The notes beneath the pieces are model-generated. The model was given only the letters and a program-made list of their open reading frames with translations, did no database searches and had not been told where the DNA came from. A DNA stretch of 64,000 bases from Planctomycetota bacterium (GTDB lineage: Bacteria; Planctomycetota; UBA1135; UBA2386): assembly GCA_965228735.1 (NCBI GenBank), contig OZ245838.1, positions 6,240,001 through 6,304,000 on the forward strand. The letters run 5' to 3'. Below are positions 35,365 through 45,689 of the stretch, in pieces (position 1 is the stretch's first letter; each line of letters begins with the position of its first letter). The position numbers were made by a program, and so were the translations under genes.

Positions 35365-36573
35365 GTGGCAAACCGACCTCTGCATCACGGCCTCGGGGCC
35401 GACGGCGCGCCGGTGCCGGCGGGTAACGGCTCTGTCAACGGCCAGCGCGATGGCGCCGGCGAGACCCGGCCGCAAGGGGCGCCGCGAGCGTTCGGCGGCG
35501 ATCGGCCGCGCCGCACGATTCTCGTGCTGGGCGGCGGCGGGATGCGCGGCTTCTCGCACATCGGGGTGATCCGCGCGATCGAACGGCTCGGCCTGCACGT
35601 CGACGAGGTCGTCGGCACGAGCATGGGCGCGGTGATGGGCGCGCTCTACGCGAGCGGCGCCGACAGCCAGCAGATCGAAGAGGTCGCATCCCGCATCTCG
35701 ATCGACGACTACTTCCGGCTCAACGTCGTGAAGTTCCTCGTGCGCGGCCTCAAGCACGCGTCGGTCTACAAGGGCCGCACGTTTCGCGAGTTCTTGCGCG
35801 AGTCCCTGCCGCAGAAGTCCTTCGCCGAGCTCGCGCGACCGTTCTACTGCAACGCGATGTCGCTCACGACGGGCGGCTCCGCGATCTTCGGCCTCAAGGG
35901 CGCCCCGAGCGTGCCGGTCGCCGAAGCCGTCTACGCGAGCGCGTGCCTGCCGACGATCTTCGAGCCGGCGCTCATCGCCGGCGACCACTACGTCGACGGC
36001 GGCATGACCGAGACGTTGGCGCTGCGGATCGCGCACGCCCGGAACGCCGACCTCGTGATCGGCGTCGACCTCTCACACCGGGACCTGCACAAGGCGACGC
36101 CCTACCGCGCGAGCCTGCCGCACATCCTGTTCCAGACCTACGAGGTCATGGGGCTCGCGCTCAACGAAGCCAACCTGCACCGCTACGCCGACGATCGCAC
36201 CGTGATCATCAAGCCGAAGGTCAGCCACCTCGGCCTGCTCGACATGCCCGACGTCCAGGAGACCGTGCGCATCGGCGAGAAGGAGGCGATGGAGGTCTTG
36301 ACCACCAACCCGTTGACGCGCTACCTCGGCGACCCCGAGGTCGTCGCTGACGAGGACCGCAACGTGGCGCGCCCGCGCGACTACGTCGAACTGCAGGTCG
36401 ACGCCAACGCGTGCATCCAGTGCGGCATCTGCGCCGCGACGTGCGCGACGCAGGGCTTCGCCGCAGTGCCGTTCGGTGACGTCGTGCGCAAGCCGTTCAA
36501 CTACGAGTGCACTCGTGACATGGCGTGCGAGCGGAATTGCCCTACAGGAGCGATTCGGCTGGGGAACTTGTAG
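35365..36573 (+). CDS. Patatin-like phospholipase/esterase fused to a C-terminal 4Fe-4S dicluster domain
   Basis: Oxyanion loop LGGGGMRG, catalytic Ser GTSMG, YVDGG; C-terminal CIQCGICAATC and CTRDMACERNCP. Confidence 0.9.
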   Translation: MANRPLHHGLGADGAPVPAGNGSVNGQRDGAGETRPQGAPRAFGGDRPRRTILVLGGGGMRGFSHIGVIRAIERLGLHVDEVVGTSMGAVMGALYASGADSQQIEEVASRISIDDYFRLNVVKFLVRGLKHASVYKGRTFREFLRESLPQKSFAELARPFYCNAMSLTTGGSAIFGLKGAPSVPVAEAVYASACLPTIFEPALIAGDHYVDGGMTETLALRIAHARNADLVIGVDLSHRDLHKATPYRASLPHILFQTYEVMGLALNEANLHRYADDRTVIIKPKVSHLGLLDMPDVQETVRIGEKEAMEVLTTNPLTRYLGDPEVVADEDRNVARPRDYVELQVDANACIQCGICAATCATQGFAAVPFGDVVRKPFNYECTRDMACERNCPTGAIRLGNL

Positions 36574-36856
36574 GTCGGCAAGGAGGTGCCCGAGTTGGCG
36601 GTTGGCGAAGCATCGGCAGATGCGTGAGCCGAATCGCTCGACCGCGTCCTGTTCGAGTGCGTGACGAATCGCGATGACCGTCGTCCGCCCCAGGGGCGAT
36701 TCGGATTCACAACCTGCAGGACCCGGCAGTCGCGAAGAAAACCCGCGACGACTCGCATCCGTCGCGTCAGAGCCGCGAAGACGACGGCAAGCCCGATCCA
36801 TCCCTGCGATCGGATTCATCGCCTGCCCCGCAACCCCTGCGTACTTCCGCTACGTC

Positions 36857-38479
36857 ATGCGACTCCTTCCCATTCTCTTCACGACCACCGCGTTCGCTTC
36901 CGCCCTCGCTGCCCAGGATGCGCGCGTTTCCGTGCTGCACGGCATTCCTGGCCTCAACGGCCCAGTTGACGTCTTTGCCAACGGCAACTCGTTGTTCTCG
37001 TTCGACTACGGTGATCAGCGCGGGCCGCTCGAGCTCGCCCCGGGCACCTACCTGCTCGAGGTTCGCCAGAACAACAACACGCTGCTGTCGCTGAACGCGC
37101 CGCTCGCCGCCGGTGACGACGTTGCCGTGATCGCGCATCTCGACGAGAACGGCGCGCCGGTCCTCGCCGCGTTCGCCAACGACGTGATGCCGCTGACCCT
37201 GCCGGCTTCGCGGCTCCTCGTGCGTCACACCGCCCAGGCGCCCGCCGTCGACATCGTGCTGCGCCAGAACAACTCGGTCGTCGCGACGATTCCGAACGTT
37301 TCGAACGGCCAGGAGGTCGCCGCGGACGTGGCGCCGGGTCAATACTCGGTCGAGCTGAACGTCGCCGGCACGTCGAACACGGCCTTCGGTCCGGTCGACA
37401 TCGTCGTCGAGAACGGCCGCGGCTACGGCGTGTTCGCCACCGGCGTCGCCGGGGCGGCGAGCTTCACGCTCCAGACCCAGGTCCTGCAGCTCGCGCCGCA
37501 GGTGACCGTCGTCCACGGCATCCCCGGCCTCGGCGCGCCCGTCACGGTCGCCGCCAACGGCGCGTCCCTGTTCACGTTCGACTTCCTCGACACGCAGGGC
37601 CCGCTCGTCATCGATCCGGGCACCTACACGTTCGACGTCATCGTCAACGGTTCGACCGCTCTCAGCGGCACCTACCCCCTCGGTCGCCTCGACAACTTCA
37701 CCGTCGTCGCGCATCTCGACGCTGGCGGCACGCCGCAGCTGACGCCGTTCGCGAACGACACGTCGTTCCCGGCCTCGGACAACGCGCGAGTCGTCGTGCG
37801 CCACGCCGCCGCCGCGCCGGCCGTCGACATCACGCTGGACAACCAGGGCGCCAACCTCGCGACCTTCTCGAACGTCGTCAACGGCAACGAGGTCGGCGGC
37901 GACATCCCGATCGGCAACTTCGACGTCTCGATCTTCGCCGCCGGCACGACGACCCGCGTCTTCGGTCCGGCGGGCTTCCGGCCGCAGCGCCACGTGCTCT
38001 ACGAGTTCCTCGCCGTCGGCGATCTGGCGAACTCGTCGTTCAACGTGATCGCGCTCACGCACGACCTCCTGCCGGCAGTGCCCAACGCGCTCACGCCGAG
38101 CGTCGGCGGCACGACGTGCGGTCCGATGATCGGCACGGCGCCGGCCACGTTCGGCTACGGCGAGCAGTTCGATCTCGTCGCGACCGGCGCGCCGGCTGGC
38201 GCGATGGCGATCGTGCAGTTCGGTGACAGCATCACGAGCTACGGCCCGGTGGCCCTGCCCGCCGCGCTCGGACCGTTCGGCGCTCCCGGCTGCTTCCTCA
38301 ACACCAACGCCATCTCGGTGCTGCCGACGATGAGCGATGGGCAGGGTGAGGTGCGCGTCGGTTACCTCGTGCCGCGCGCGCTCGCTACCGGCTTCGGCGA
38401 TGCGTTCTTCCAGGTCGGTGTGCTGTCCAACGCGAACACTCTCGGCGTCGTGACGTCGGAGTATCTGCAGCTCAACTGA
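36857..38479 (+). CDS. Secreted DUF4397-domain protein (internally duplicated) with C-terminal module
   Basis: Signal peptide; repeats RVSVLHGIPG/QVTVVHGIPG and LLVRHTAQAPAVDI/VVVRHAAAAPAVDI. Confidence 0.8.
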   Translation: MRLLPILFTTTAFASALAAQDARVSVLHGIPGLNGPVDVFANGNSLFSFDYGDQRGPLELAPGTYLLEVRQNNNTLLSLNAPLAAGDDVAVIAHLDENGAPVLAAFANDVMPLTLPASRLLVRHTAQAPAVDIVLRQNNSVVATIPNVSNGQEVAADVAPGQYSVELNVAGTSNTAFGPVDIVVENGRGYGVFATGVAGAASFTLQTQVLQLAPQVTVVHGIPGLGAPVTVAANGASLFTFDFLDTQGPLVIDPGTYTFDVIVNGSTALSGTYPLGRLDNFTVVAHLDAGGTPQLTPFANDTSFPASDNARVVVRHAAAAPAVDITLDNQGANLATFSNVVNGNEVGGDIPIGNFDVSIFAAGTTTRVFGPAGFRPQRHVLYEFLAVGDLANSSFNVIALTHDLLPAVPNALTPSVGGTTCGPMIGTAPATFGYGEQFDLVATGAPAGAMAIVQFGDSITSYGPVALPAALGPFGAPGCFLNTNAISVLPTMSDGQGEVRVGYLVPRALATGFGDAFFQVGVLSNANTLGVVTSEYLQLN

Positions 38480-38510
38480 CAGCGTCGCCGCGGCGGGCGG
38501 CGCGCCAACC

Positions 38511-38729
38511 CTACGGTTCGCGCGCTGCTCGCTGCCGGCGGAACTCCTCGACGGGCAGGCCGCCGATGCCCCAGTCCTCGAGGTCGACCTCGTCGATCAC
38601 GACGAAGGTCGTGCACGGGTCCTTGCCGAGCACGTCGCGCAGGACGTCCGTGATGCCGCGGATGACCGCAGCCTTCTTTGCGGACGAGCCTTCGCCCTCG
38701 CGCGTGATCCTGACGTTGACGTAGGGCAT
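38511..38729 (-). CDS. 4-oxalocrotonate tautomerase family protein
   Basis: N-terminal M-P (catalytic Pro1): MPYVNVRIT...KKAAVIRGITDVL...VVIDEVDLEDWGIGG. Confidence 0.92.
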   Translation of the reverse strand: MPYVNVRITREGEGSSAKKAAVIRGITDVLRDVLGKDPCTTFVVIDEVDLEDWGIGGLPVEEFRRQRAAREP

Positions 38730-38730
38730 C

Positions 38731-39144
38731 TCAGTTCGCCCCCTTCGCCGCCGCCGCGTGCGGTTCGCCGTGGAACACCTTGGACTGGATTCGCCAGCGA
38801 CCGTCGATACGGAGCAGGGCGAGGAAGTCCGAGTAGTCGTGGCCGAACAGCGAACAACTGACCTCGGCCAGCGCGGTGACCGGCCCGGCGAAGCGCACGG
38901 AGTGCACCGTGTAGCCGTACGGTGTGCCGTCGTCCCGCGGTGCCGGGCGGCGGCGCACCCGTTCGAGGTAGTCGTCGAGCGCGAGCTCGAGCAACTCGCC
39001 GCCCGAGGCCGTCGCATAGCGCGCGCTCGGTGAGAACGCGCGGCGCAGCTTGTCGATGTCGATGTGGTAGAGGCCGTCGTAGTAGTCACGCAGCGTGGCG
39101 AGCACGTTCGTGAACTCGGGATCCGATACGTTCGGTTCGGTCAT
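38731..39144 (-). CDS. SnoaL/NTF2-like (lumazine-binding-2 type) protein
   Basis: YYDGLYHIDIDKLRRAFSP...YSDFLALLRIDGRWRIQSKVF. Confidence 0.85.
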   Translation of the reverse strand: MTEPNVSDPEFTNVLATLRDYYDGLYHIDIDKLRRAFSPSARYATASGGELLELALDDYLERVRRRPAPRDDGTPYGYTVHSVRFAGPVTALAEVSCSLFGHDYSDFLALLRIDGRWRIQSKVFHGEPHAAAAKGAN

Positions 39145-39172
39145 GGGTCTGGTCGGCCGTCGGGTTGTTGAT

Positions 39173-39188
39173 ACGACCGGTCGTCTTG
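39173..39188. promoter_or_regulatory. Putative TetR operator upstream of the SnoaL-tautomerase genes
   Basis: Palindrome ACGACCGGTCGT; the 14-mer GACCGGTCGTCTTG is identical to 39881-39894. Confidence 0.7.
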
Positions 39189-39256
39189 CAACAAGCTGTG
39201 CTGCTGGACGAGGCATTGTTCGGAGCGGGCGCCGCTCGGGAGAGCGCAGGAGTCGG

Positions 39257-39868
39257 TCAGGCCTGGGCGCCTGGCGGCTGGAAGTAGCCGTCCAGCAACT
39301 GCTCGAGGCACTGGTGCAGCGGCGCGAGGGAACGCTCGACCTTCATCCGGATCACGGCGCCTTCCCAAGCAGCAACGAGCAGATCGGCCATCGCGGTCGC
39401 CGTGAGATCGCGGCGCAGCAGACCCTGCGCCTGCGCCCCCTCGATCGCGCGGCGCAGGCCGTCGCGGTAGCCGAGCATCGCGGTCTGCAGGACCTGGCGG
39501 CAGACGTCGTTGCCCTCGAGCTCGCTGCCGAGGTTCGCGACGAGGCAGCCGCCGACGAACCCGGCGCCCTCGAACTCGGCCATCTGGCCGCGGAAGAACG
39601 TCCGCAGTCCCCGCAGCGGGTCGGCAGCGCCCTCGAGGGCCGCCGTGAGAGACTGACCGAGGCAGCTGGCGTACTGCTCGATCGCCGCGGCCGCGAAGTC
39701 GTCCTTGCTGCGGAAGTAGTTGTAGAACGAGCCCTTCGGGACCTGGACCTCGTCCAGCACCTGCTTCAGGCCGGTGCCGTGGTAGCCGTTCTTCAACAGC
39801 GAGTCGATGCCGGCATCGATCAGACGGTCGCGGGTCTGGTCGCGGTCGATACGGCGCGGGCGTGCCAT
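39257..39868 (-). CDS. TetR-family regulator (NemR/AcuR-like)
   Basis: HTH GYHGTGLKQVLDEVQVPKGSFYNYFRSK, GCLVANLGSE, WEGA. Confidence 0.92.
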   Translation of the reverse strand: MARPRRIDRDQTRDRLIDAGIDSLLKNGYHGTGLKQVLDEVQVPKGSFYNYFRSKDDFAAAAIEQYASCLGQSLTAALEGAADPLRGLRTFFRGQMAEFEGAGFVGGCLVANLGSELEGNDVCRQVLQTAMLGYRDGLRRAIEGAQAQGLLRRDLTATAMADLLVAAWEGAVIRMKVERSLAPLHQCLEQLLDGYFQPPGAQA

Positions 39869-39878
39869 GGGATCAGAG

Positions 39879-39894
39879 TAGACCGGTCGTCTTG
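39879..39894. promoter_or_regulatory. Putative autoregulatory TetR operator abutting the -10 box
   Basis: TAGACCGGTCGTCTTG is adjacent to minus-strand TACTCT, which lies 6 nt before the tetR ATG. Confidence 0.7.
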
Positions 39895-39944
39895 AAACCC
39901 AAGCCGGGGCGCCGGGAAAACCACACGCAAGGCATCAGTCTCGT

Positions 39945-40760
39945 TCAGCGGAGATAGACGGGGGCCGGGTAGCGCCGTTCGGGCGGCAGGTCCGCCGCCA
40001 CCACGTGGGGGCCGTCGACCGGCTTGCGCGCGATCGCGTAGATGTTCTCGCCGAGCATCCCGTCGGGGACCCGGGCGCGGCCGAGCCAGCGCAGCACCCG
40101 CACGAGCCAGCGCACCGAGCTGCGGCCCGCCGGGCGCGTGACCAGGGCGACGACCTCGAAGCCCGCGTTCTGCAGCAGGAGTTGGACCTCCTGCGGCATG
40201 AACTCGCGATGGTGGCGGTGGTCGGATTGCGGCCGGTACGGCGGGAAGTGACCCGGGTGCTGACCGCGCAGGAGCCGCAGCAGGCTGCCGGCCGAACCCA
40301 CGTTGGGCGTGGTCACGAGCGCGTAGCCGCCGGGTCGGAGCACGCGGTGGAACTCGAGGAGGGGGAACATCGGGTCGGCAGTGAGGTGTTCGATGACCTC
40401 GAGGAAGCTCACGAAGTCGAGCGCGGCGTCCGCGAACGGCAGCGGTTGGCGCTCGATGTCGCAGTCGTGCCGGGTCGCCGTGACCGGTTCGCCGCGGACG
40501 GAGAACCGCAGCGGCCGCGGTCTCGGGTCGTCGCCGAGATCGACGGCGTGCAGCTCGCGCCAGCCGAGGTGGTGGAGGATGGGCAGGAAGAGGCCGCCGC
40601 TCCCGCCGACGTCGGCCGCGACGCCCTGGCCCGTCGGCAGGCCGTGCGCGAACTCGTAGCTGGTCTCGAACCGTTCATGGTGCGGTTCGAGGTAGCTCGC
40701 CTGCTGTGGTGCGGCCTCGAGCACGAGGTCGACGAGCTGCTGGCGGGTGAGGCGGGCCAC
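39945..40760 (-). CDS. Class I SAM-dependent methyltransferase
   Basis: ADVGGSGG, LPFADAALDFVSFLEVIEHL, RVLRPGG, TTPN. Confidence 0.88.
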   Translation of the reverse strand: MARLTRQQLVDLVLEAAPQQASYLEPHHERFETSYEFAHGLPTGQGVAADVGGSGGLFLPILHHLGWRELHAVDLGDDPRPRPLRFSVRGEPVTATRHDCDIERQPLPFADAALDFVSFLEVIEHLTADPMFPLLEFHRVLRPGGYALVTTPNVGSAGSLLRLLRGQHPGHFPPYRPQSDHRHHREFMPQEVQLLLQNAGFEVVALVTRPAGRSSVRWLVRVLRWLGRARVPDGMLGENIYAIARKPVDGPHVVAADLPPERRYPAPVYLR

Positions 40761-40991
40761 GCCGAGCAGTATGGCCTTCCCGCCGGGCGCGGCCGCGAGT
40801 TTCCCTCGAGAAGGGGAGCGCGCGCGGACGATGCGGGCCGGATCGGGCGTCCTGCCCGACCAGCGGGCCGTGGGGACCCTGGAACGGGGACTTCTTTCCG
40901 TTTCCGATGCCAGGATGTGGCAGGATCATCGCCGCGATCGGCCACCAGAGCCCGTCGGCTCCCGCCGTCTGCCCCACCCGTCTGCCCCCAG

Positions 40992-42458
40992 ATGAAGAAG
41001 TTCACCGTTCTGCTTGGCGTGGTCGTCGTCGCGAGCGCCGCCGGCATCACCTGGGCCGTCATCAAGCCGCCCGAACCGACCAAGGTCCTGACCGCAGAGG
41101 CCGCGGTCGTCGAGTCGCTGCAATCGATCGTCTCGGCCACCGGCGAGATCCGGGCCCAGGAGTTCGTCGACATCCAGACCGAGGTCTCGGCGATCATCCG
41201 CGAGGTGCTCGTCGAGGAGGGCCAGCGGGTCCAGAAGGGCGACGTCCTGTTGCGGCTCGAGGACTTGCCGCTCCAGGCCGACGTCGACGCGGCGAAGGCG
41301 CAGCTCGAAGCGACCAAAGCGGATGCCAAGAACGCGGAGGTCGGCGTCGCGACGGCCAAGGCCAACCTCGCGGCGGAGAGGACCGTGCTCGCGAGCATGA
41401 AGATCGAGCGCGAGCAGGCGCGCACGACGCGCGACCGCAGCAAGCAGTCCTTCGAGCGCCAGACCGAGCTCTACCAGAGCAACCTGATCGGCAGCGAGGA
41501 ATACGAGGTCGCGGCGGCCGACGCGCGACTCGCGCAGCAGAAGTTCGAATGGCAGGAGGCGCGCATCGAGCAGGGTGAGGCCAACATCCACGCCGCCGAC
41601 ACGCGCGTCGAGGCGGCCGAGGCAGTGCTCGCCGGGCAGCAGCAGCGCGTCGCCGCGGCGGCCGCGAGCCTCGAACGCGCGACGGACATGCTCGGCAAGA
41701 CGGTGCTGAAGGCGCCGATCGCGGGGCTGATCACCAAGCTCAACGTCGAGAAGGGCGAACGCGCGGTGCCCGGCATCCAGAGCAACCCGATCGCGACGCT
41801 CATGACGATCGCCGACATGTCGGTGATCGAGGCCGAGATCTCGGTCGCCGAGGCCGACATCGTCATGGTCGAGCTCGGCGCGCCCGCGATCGTCGAGGTC
41901 GACGCGATGCGCGACGTCGAGATCCGCGGCGTCGTCACCGAGGTGGGGCAGAGCCCGATCCAGGAATCGGCGGCCGGCAGCGAGGCGGAGAGCAAGGACT
42001 TCAAGGTCGTCGTTCGCCTCGACGAGCCGCCGAGCAAGCTGCGCCCCGGCTTCACGGCGACGGCGAAGATCACGACGGCGACGCGCCGGGACGTGCTCGT
42101 CATTCCGCTGCAGGCCCAGACCGCCCGCGAGGTGGAGGTCGACGATGAGGATCGCTACGTGCCGCCGCCCGAGCCGATCGGTGATTCGCTCGTCACGCCG
42201 GTGTCGGCGGTCGATCGTCGCAAGCTCGAAGAACTCGAAGGTGTGTTCGTCATGGCGGACGGCCGCGCGCGGTTCCGGCCCGTCAAGCTCGGCATCATCG
42301 GCGACATGGATGTCGAGGTGCTCGGCGGACTCGCGCCGGGCGACACCGTCGTGATCGGGCCGGTCAAGGCGCTGCGGACCCTCGAGGAGTGGGATCACAT
42401 CGTGATCGACGAGGAGCGGCAGCGCGGCAAGCTCGGTCGCCTGCGCAAGAGGCAGTGA
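40992..42458 (+). CDS. MacA-like efflux periplasmic adaptor
   Basis: N-terminal [22 protein letters not shown], coiled coil, KAPIAG, LRPGFTA. Confidence 0.9.
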   Translation: MKKFTVLLGVVVVASAAGITWAVIKPPEPTKVLTAEAAVVESLQSIVSATGEIRAQEFVDIQTEVSAIIREVLVEEGQRVQKGDVLLRLEDLPLQADVDAAKAQLEATKADAKNAEVGVATAKANLAAERTVLASMKIEREQARTTRDRSKQSFERQTELYQSNLIGSEEYEVAAADARLAQQKFEWQEARIEQGEANIHAADTRVEAAEAVLAGQQQRVAAAAASLERATDMLGKTVLKAPIAGLITKLNVEKGERAVPGIQSNPIATLMTIADMSVIEAEISVAEADIVMVELGAPAIVEVDAMRDVEIRGVVTEVGQSPIQESAAGSEAESKDFKVVVRLDEPPSKLRPGFTATAKITTATRRDVLVIPLQAQTAREVEVDDEDRYVPPPEPIGDSLVTPVSAVDRRKLEELEGVFVMADGRARFRPVKLGIIGDMDVEVLGGLAPGDTVVIGPVKALRTLEEWDHIVIDEERQRGKLGRLRKRQ

Positions 42459-43177
42459 TGACGGACGTCATCCGGACGGCGGCGCTGCGGCGCGAGTTCG
42501 CGATGGGTACGACGACCGTGCAGGCGCTGCGCGGCGTCGATCTCGTGATCGGGAAGAACGAGTACGTCGCGATCATGGGGCCGTCGGGCTCCGGCAAGTC
42601 GACGCTGATGAACCTCATCGGTTGCCTCGACACGCCATCGGGCGGCGAGTACTGGCTCAACGGCAAGCCGGTCGCGCAACTCGACGAGGATGCGCTCGCC
42701 CACATCCGCAATCGCGAGATCGGGTTCGTGTTCCAGACGTTCAACCTGCTCGCGCGGGCGACGGCGCTGCGCAACGTCGAGCTGCCGCTGATCTACGGCG
42801 GCATCGCACCGGCCGAACGACGCGAACAGGCGGCCGAAGCACTGCGCCAGGTCGACCTCGAGTCGCGCATGGACCATCGGCCGAACCAGCTGTCGGGCGG
42901 TCAGCGCCAGCGCGTCAGCATCGCCCGCGCGCTGGTGACGAAGCCCGCGCTGCTGCTCGCGGACGAGCCGACGGGCAACCTCGACTCGAAGACGTCGATC
43001 GAGATCATGGCGTTGTTCGAACGTTTGCATCGGCAGGGCAACACACTCGTCGTCGTCACGCACGAACGAGAGATCGCCGAGCACGCGCAGCGCATCATCA
43101 CGATCAGGGACGGCCTGGTCGAGAGCGACGAGCGGGTCGGTGGGCGGGCTGCGGCGGCCGCCGCGGAGGCCGAGTGA
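42458..43177 (+). CDS. ABC transporter ATP-binding protein (MacB/LolD family)
   Basis: [32 protein letters not shown]. Confidence 0.95.
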   Translation: MTDVIRTAALRREFAMGTTTVQALRGVDLVIGKNEYVAIMGPSGSGKSTLMNLIGCLDTPSGGEYWLNGKPVAQLDEDALAHIRNREIGFVFQTFNLLARATALRNVELPLIYGGIAPAERREQAAEALRQVDLESRMDHRPNQLSGGQRQRVSIARALVTKPALLLADEPTGNLDSKTSIEIMALFERLHRQGNTLVVVTHEREIAEHAQRIITIRDGLVESDERVGGRAAAAAAEAE

Positions 43178-44394
43178 ACCTCGCGGAGTCGACGCGGCTG
43201 GCTCTCGAGTCGATCTGGGCCAACCGCCTGCGGTCGTTCCTGACGCTGCTCGGGGTGATCATCGGAATCGCGGCGATCATCGCGACCGCGGCGGTGATCA
43301 ACGGGCTCAACATCTATGTCGCCGAGAAGCTCAGCAACCTCGGCAGTGGCGTGTTCACCGTGCAGCGGTTCGGGATCATCACCAACCGGCAGCAGTTCAT
43401 CGACGCGATGCGCAAGAACCGGCGGCTCGAGCCGGCGGATGGCCGGGCGATCGCGGAGCGCTGTTCGCTCGTCGACGTCGTCGCGTGGGAGGCGCACGCG
43501 ACGCGCGACCTGGCGCGTCGGCGCTACGAGCTGCAGGAGGTCGATATCGGGGGCATCACACCCGGTGTCCTCGAGATCGAGCCCTATGAGGTCGAGGCCG
43601 GGCGAATCTTCACGCGGAACGACGACGAGCACGGGTTGCCGGTCGCGTTCCTCGGTCACGACGTCAGCGAGCAGCTGTTTCCCGCGGTCGACCCGCTCGG
43701 CAAGACGATCCGCGTCGAGGGTCTCGACCTCACTGTCGTCGGTCTCGCGAAGAAGAAGGGCTCGTTCCTCGGTTTCTCGCAGGACAACTTCGTCAAGATC
43801 CCGTACGGGCTGCACAAGAAGCTCTTCGGTTCGCAGAACTCGGTCAACCTGAGCGTCAAGGCGGTCGACGACGGCGCGATGACCGAGGCGATGGACGAGG
43901 TACGTGCCGTGCTGCGCGCGCGCCATCACCTGCGACCCGGCGACGACGACGACTTCGCGATCGTCACGGCCGAGGGGATCAACGATCTGTGGCGCAGCAT
44001 GTCGCAGACGATCTTCGCCATCGCGTTGTTCGTCGTCTCGATCTCGCTCGTCGTCGGCGGGATCGTGATCATGAACATCATGCTCGTGTCCGTCATCGAG
44101 CGGACGCGCGAGATCGGCGTGCGCAAGGCCGTCGGCGCGCGGCAGCGTGACATCGTCGAGCAGTTCCTCATCGAGGCCGTGTTGCTGTCGTGCATCGGTG
44201 GTCTGATCGGCGTGTCGCTCGCGTGGGGGGCATCCGAGCTGCTCGCGTCGCAGACGCCGCTGCCGGCCGACTTCCCGCCGTGGGCGCCGCCCGTGGCGTT
44301 CCTCGTCTGCGCCAGCATCGGCGTCTTCTTCGGCATCAGTCCGGCCCGCCGGGCCGCGCGGCTCGACCCGATCGAGGCGCTCAGGACCGAGTAG
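43174..44394 (+). CDS. ABC permease (MacB/FtsX family)
   Basis: [53 protein letters not shown] overlap. Confidence 0.93.
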   Translation: MNLAESTRLALESIWANRLRSFLTLLGVIIGIAAIIATAAVINGLNIYVAEKLSNLGSGVFTVQRFGIITNRQQFIDAMRKNRRLEPADGRAIAERCSLVDVVAWEAHATRDLARRRYELQEVDIGGITPGVLEIEPYEVEAGRIFTRNDDEHGLPVAFLGHDVSEQLFPAVDPLGKTIRVEGLDLTVVGLAKKKGSFLGFSQDNFVKIPYGLHKKLFGSQNSVNLSVKAVDDGAMTEAMDEVRAVLRARHHLRPGDDDDFAIVTAEGINDLWRSMSQTIFAIALFVVSISLVVGGIVIMNIMLVSVIERTREIGVRKAVGARQRDIVEQFLIEAVLLSCIGGLIGVSLAWGASELLASQTPLPADFPPWAPPVAFLVCASIGVFFGISPARRAARLDPIEALRTE

Positions 44395-44405
44395 GGCGAT
44401 CCGGC

Positions 44406-45656
44406 ATGCGACGGGCACTCTTCGCGATCTGGGAGAACACCAAGCTGGCGTTCGAGACCCTGCGCGGCAACCGCATGCGGTCGTCGCTCACCGTGCTCGG
44501 CATCTTCATCGGCGTGCTGCTCGTCGTGACCGTCGCGTCGGTGCTCAACGGGTTCCGGCAGTCGGTCGTCGACCAGGTCGAGGAGTTCGGGACGGACAAC
44601 ATCTACATCCACCGGATGCCGATCGTGAACATCGGCCGCCGCTCGCGCGAACTGCGCATGCGGCGCGAGCTCACGCTCGACGACGCCTGGGCGATCCGTG
44701 ACCTGTGTCCGTCCGTGGCGCTCGTTTCCCCGGTCCTGCGCGCGCCGACGTTCCGCAGCCGTGCCGTCTACCGCGACGAGGAGATCGATGCGCCGCGGGT
44801 GCAGGGCGTGTTCCCCGTCGACTTCCTGACCGCCAATCGCCGGCTCGCGGAGGGGCGCTTCCTCACCGAGCAGGAGAACACGCACCGGGTGCCGGTCACC
44901 GTGCTCGGGCACGCCGCGGCCGAGGCGTTGTTCCCGAGCGGCGGTGCGCTCGGCAAGGAGATCCTCATCGGCGGCAACAAGTTCAGCGTGATCGGAGTCT
45001 GCGAGAAGCGCAAGGAGGGCCCGTTCGGCGGCGAGAACGAGCAGGACTCGCTGTTCATGATCCCGTACTACACGCTGCTGCGGTACCACCCGGGGCGCGA
45101 CGATCACTTCATCGCCGTGCGCGCGGACACGGGCCTCGTGGAGTCGGCGAAGGAGGAGATCACCGAGGTGCTGCGGCGGCGGCGCCGCGTGCGCTGGGAC
45201 GAGGACAACGACTTCGACTTCGCGACCGCCGATTCCCTGATCGAGTCGTTCGACGGGATCGTGTTCGCCGTCCTCGCCGTCATGTTCCTGCTGTCGACCG
45301 TCGGCTTCCTCGTCGGCGGCGTCGGCGTGATGAACATCATGCTCGTATCCGTGAAGGAGCGAACGCGCGAGATCGGCGTGCGGAAGGCCGTCGGTGCGCG
45401 CCGGCGTGACATCATGGGGCAGTTCCTCGTCGAGGCGATGCTGCTGTGCCTCATCGGCGGCGTGCTCGGCCTGCTGGTCGGCGAAGGCCTGCTCGCGCTG
45501 CTCGGCGCCGCGGTCTCCGGCCTGCCGAGCGAGACGCCGATGTGGGCCCGCCTGTTCGCCTTCGGCGGCTCGGCGGGCGTCGGCCTGTTCTTCGGCCTCT
45601 GGCCCGCCTGGAAGGCCGCGAGCCTCGACCCGATCGAAGCCCTGCGCTACGAGTGA
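44406..45656 (+). CDS. Second ABC permease (MacB/FtsX family)
   Basis: [42 protein letters not shown]. Confidence 0.93.
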   Translation: MRRALFAIWENTKLAFETLRGNRMRSSLTVLGIFIGVLLVVTVASVLNGFRQSVVDQVEEFGTDNIYIHRMPIVNIGRRSRELRMRRELTLDDAWAIRDLCPSVALVSPVLRAPTFRSRAVYRDEEIDAPRVQGVFPVDFLTANRRLAEGRFLTEQENTHRVPVTVLGHAAAEALFPSGGALGKEILIGGNKFSVIGVCEKRKEGPFGGENEQDSLFMIPYYTLLRYHPGRDDHFIAVRADTGLVESAKEEITEVLRRRRRVRWDEDNDFDFATADSLIESFDGIVFAVLAVMFLLSTVGFLVGGVGVMNIMLVSVKERTREIGVRKAVGARRRDIMGQFLVEAMLLCLIGGVLGLLVGEGLLALLGAAVSGLPSETPMWARLFAFGGSAGVGLFFGLWPAWKAASLDPIEALRYE

Positions 45657-45689
45657 CGCCGGCGGGCGTGGCGGTACCGCCATTGGCGG

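Noticed and set aside
35365..36573. Patatin as a CBASS/anti-phage effector (CapV-like)
   Set aside because: No CD-NTase or other defence genes are nearby; the motifs look RssA/NTE-like and the context is lipid metabolism.
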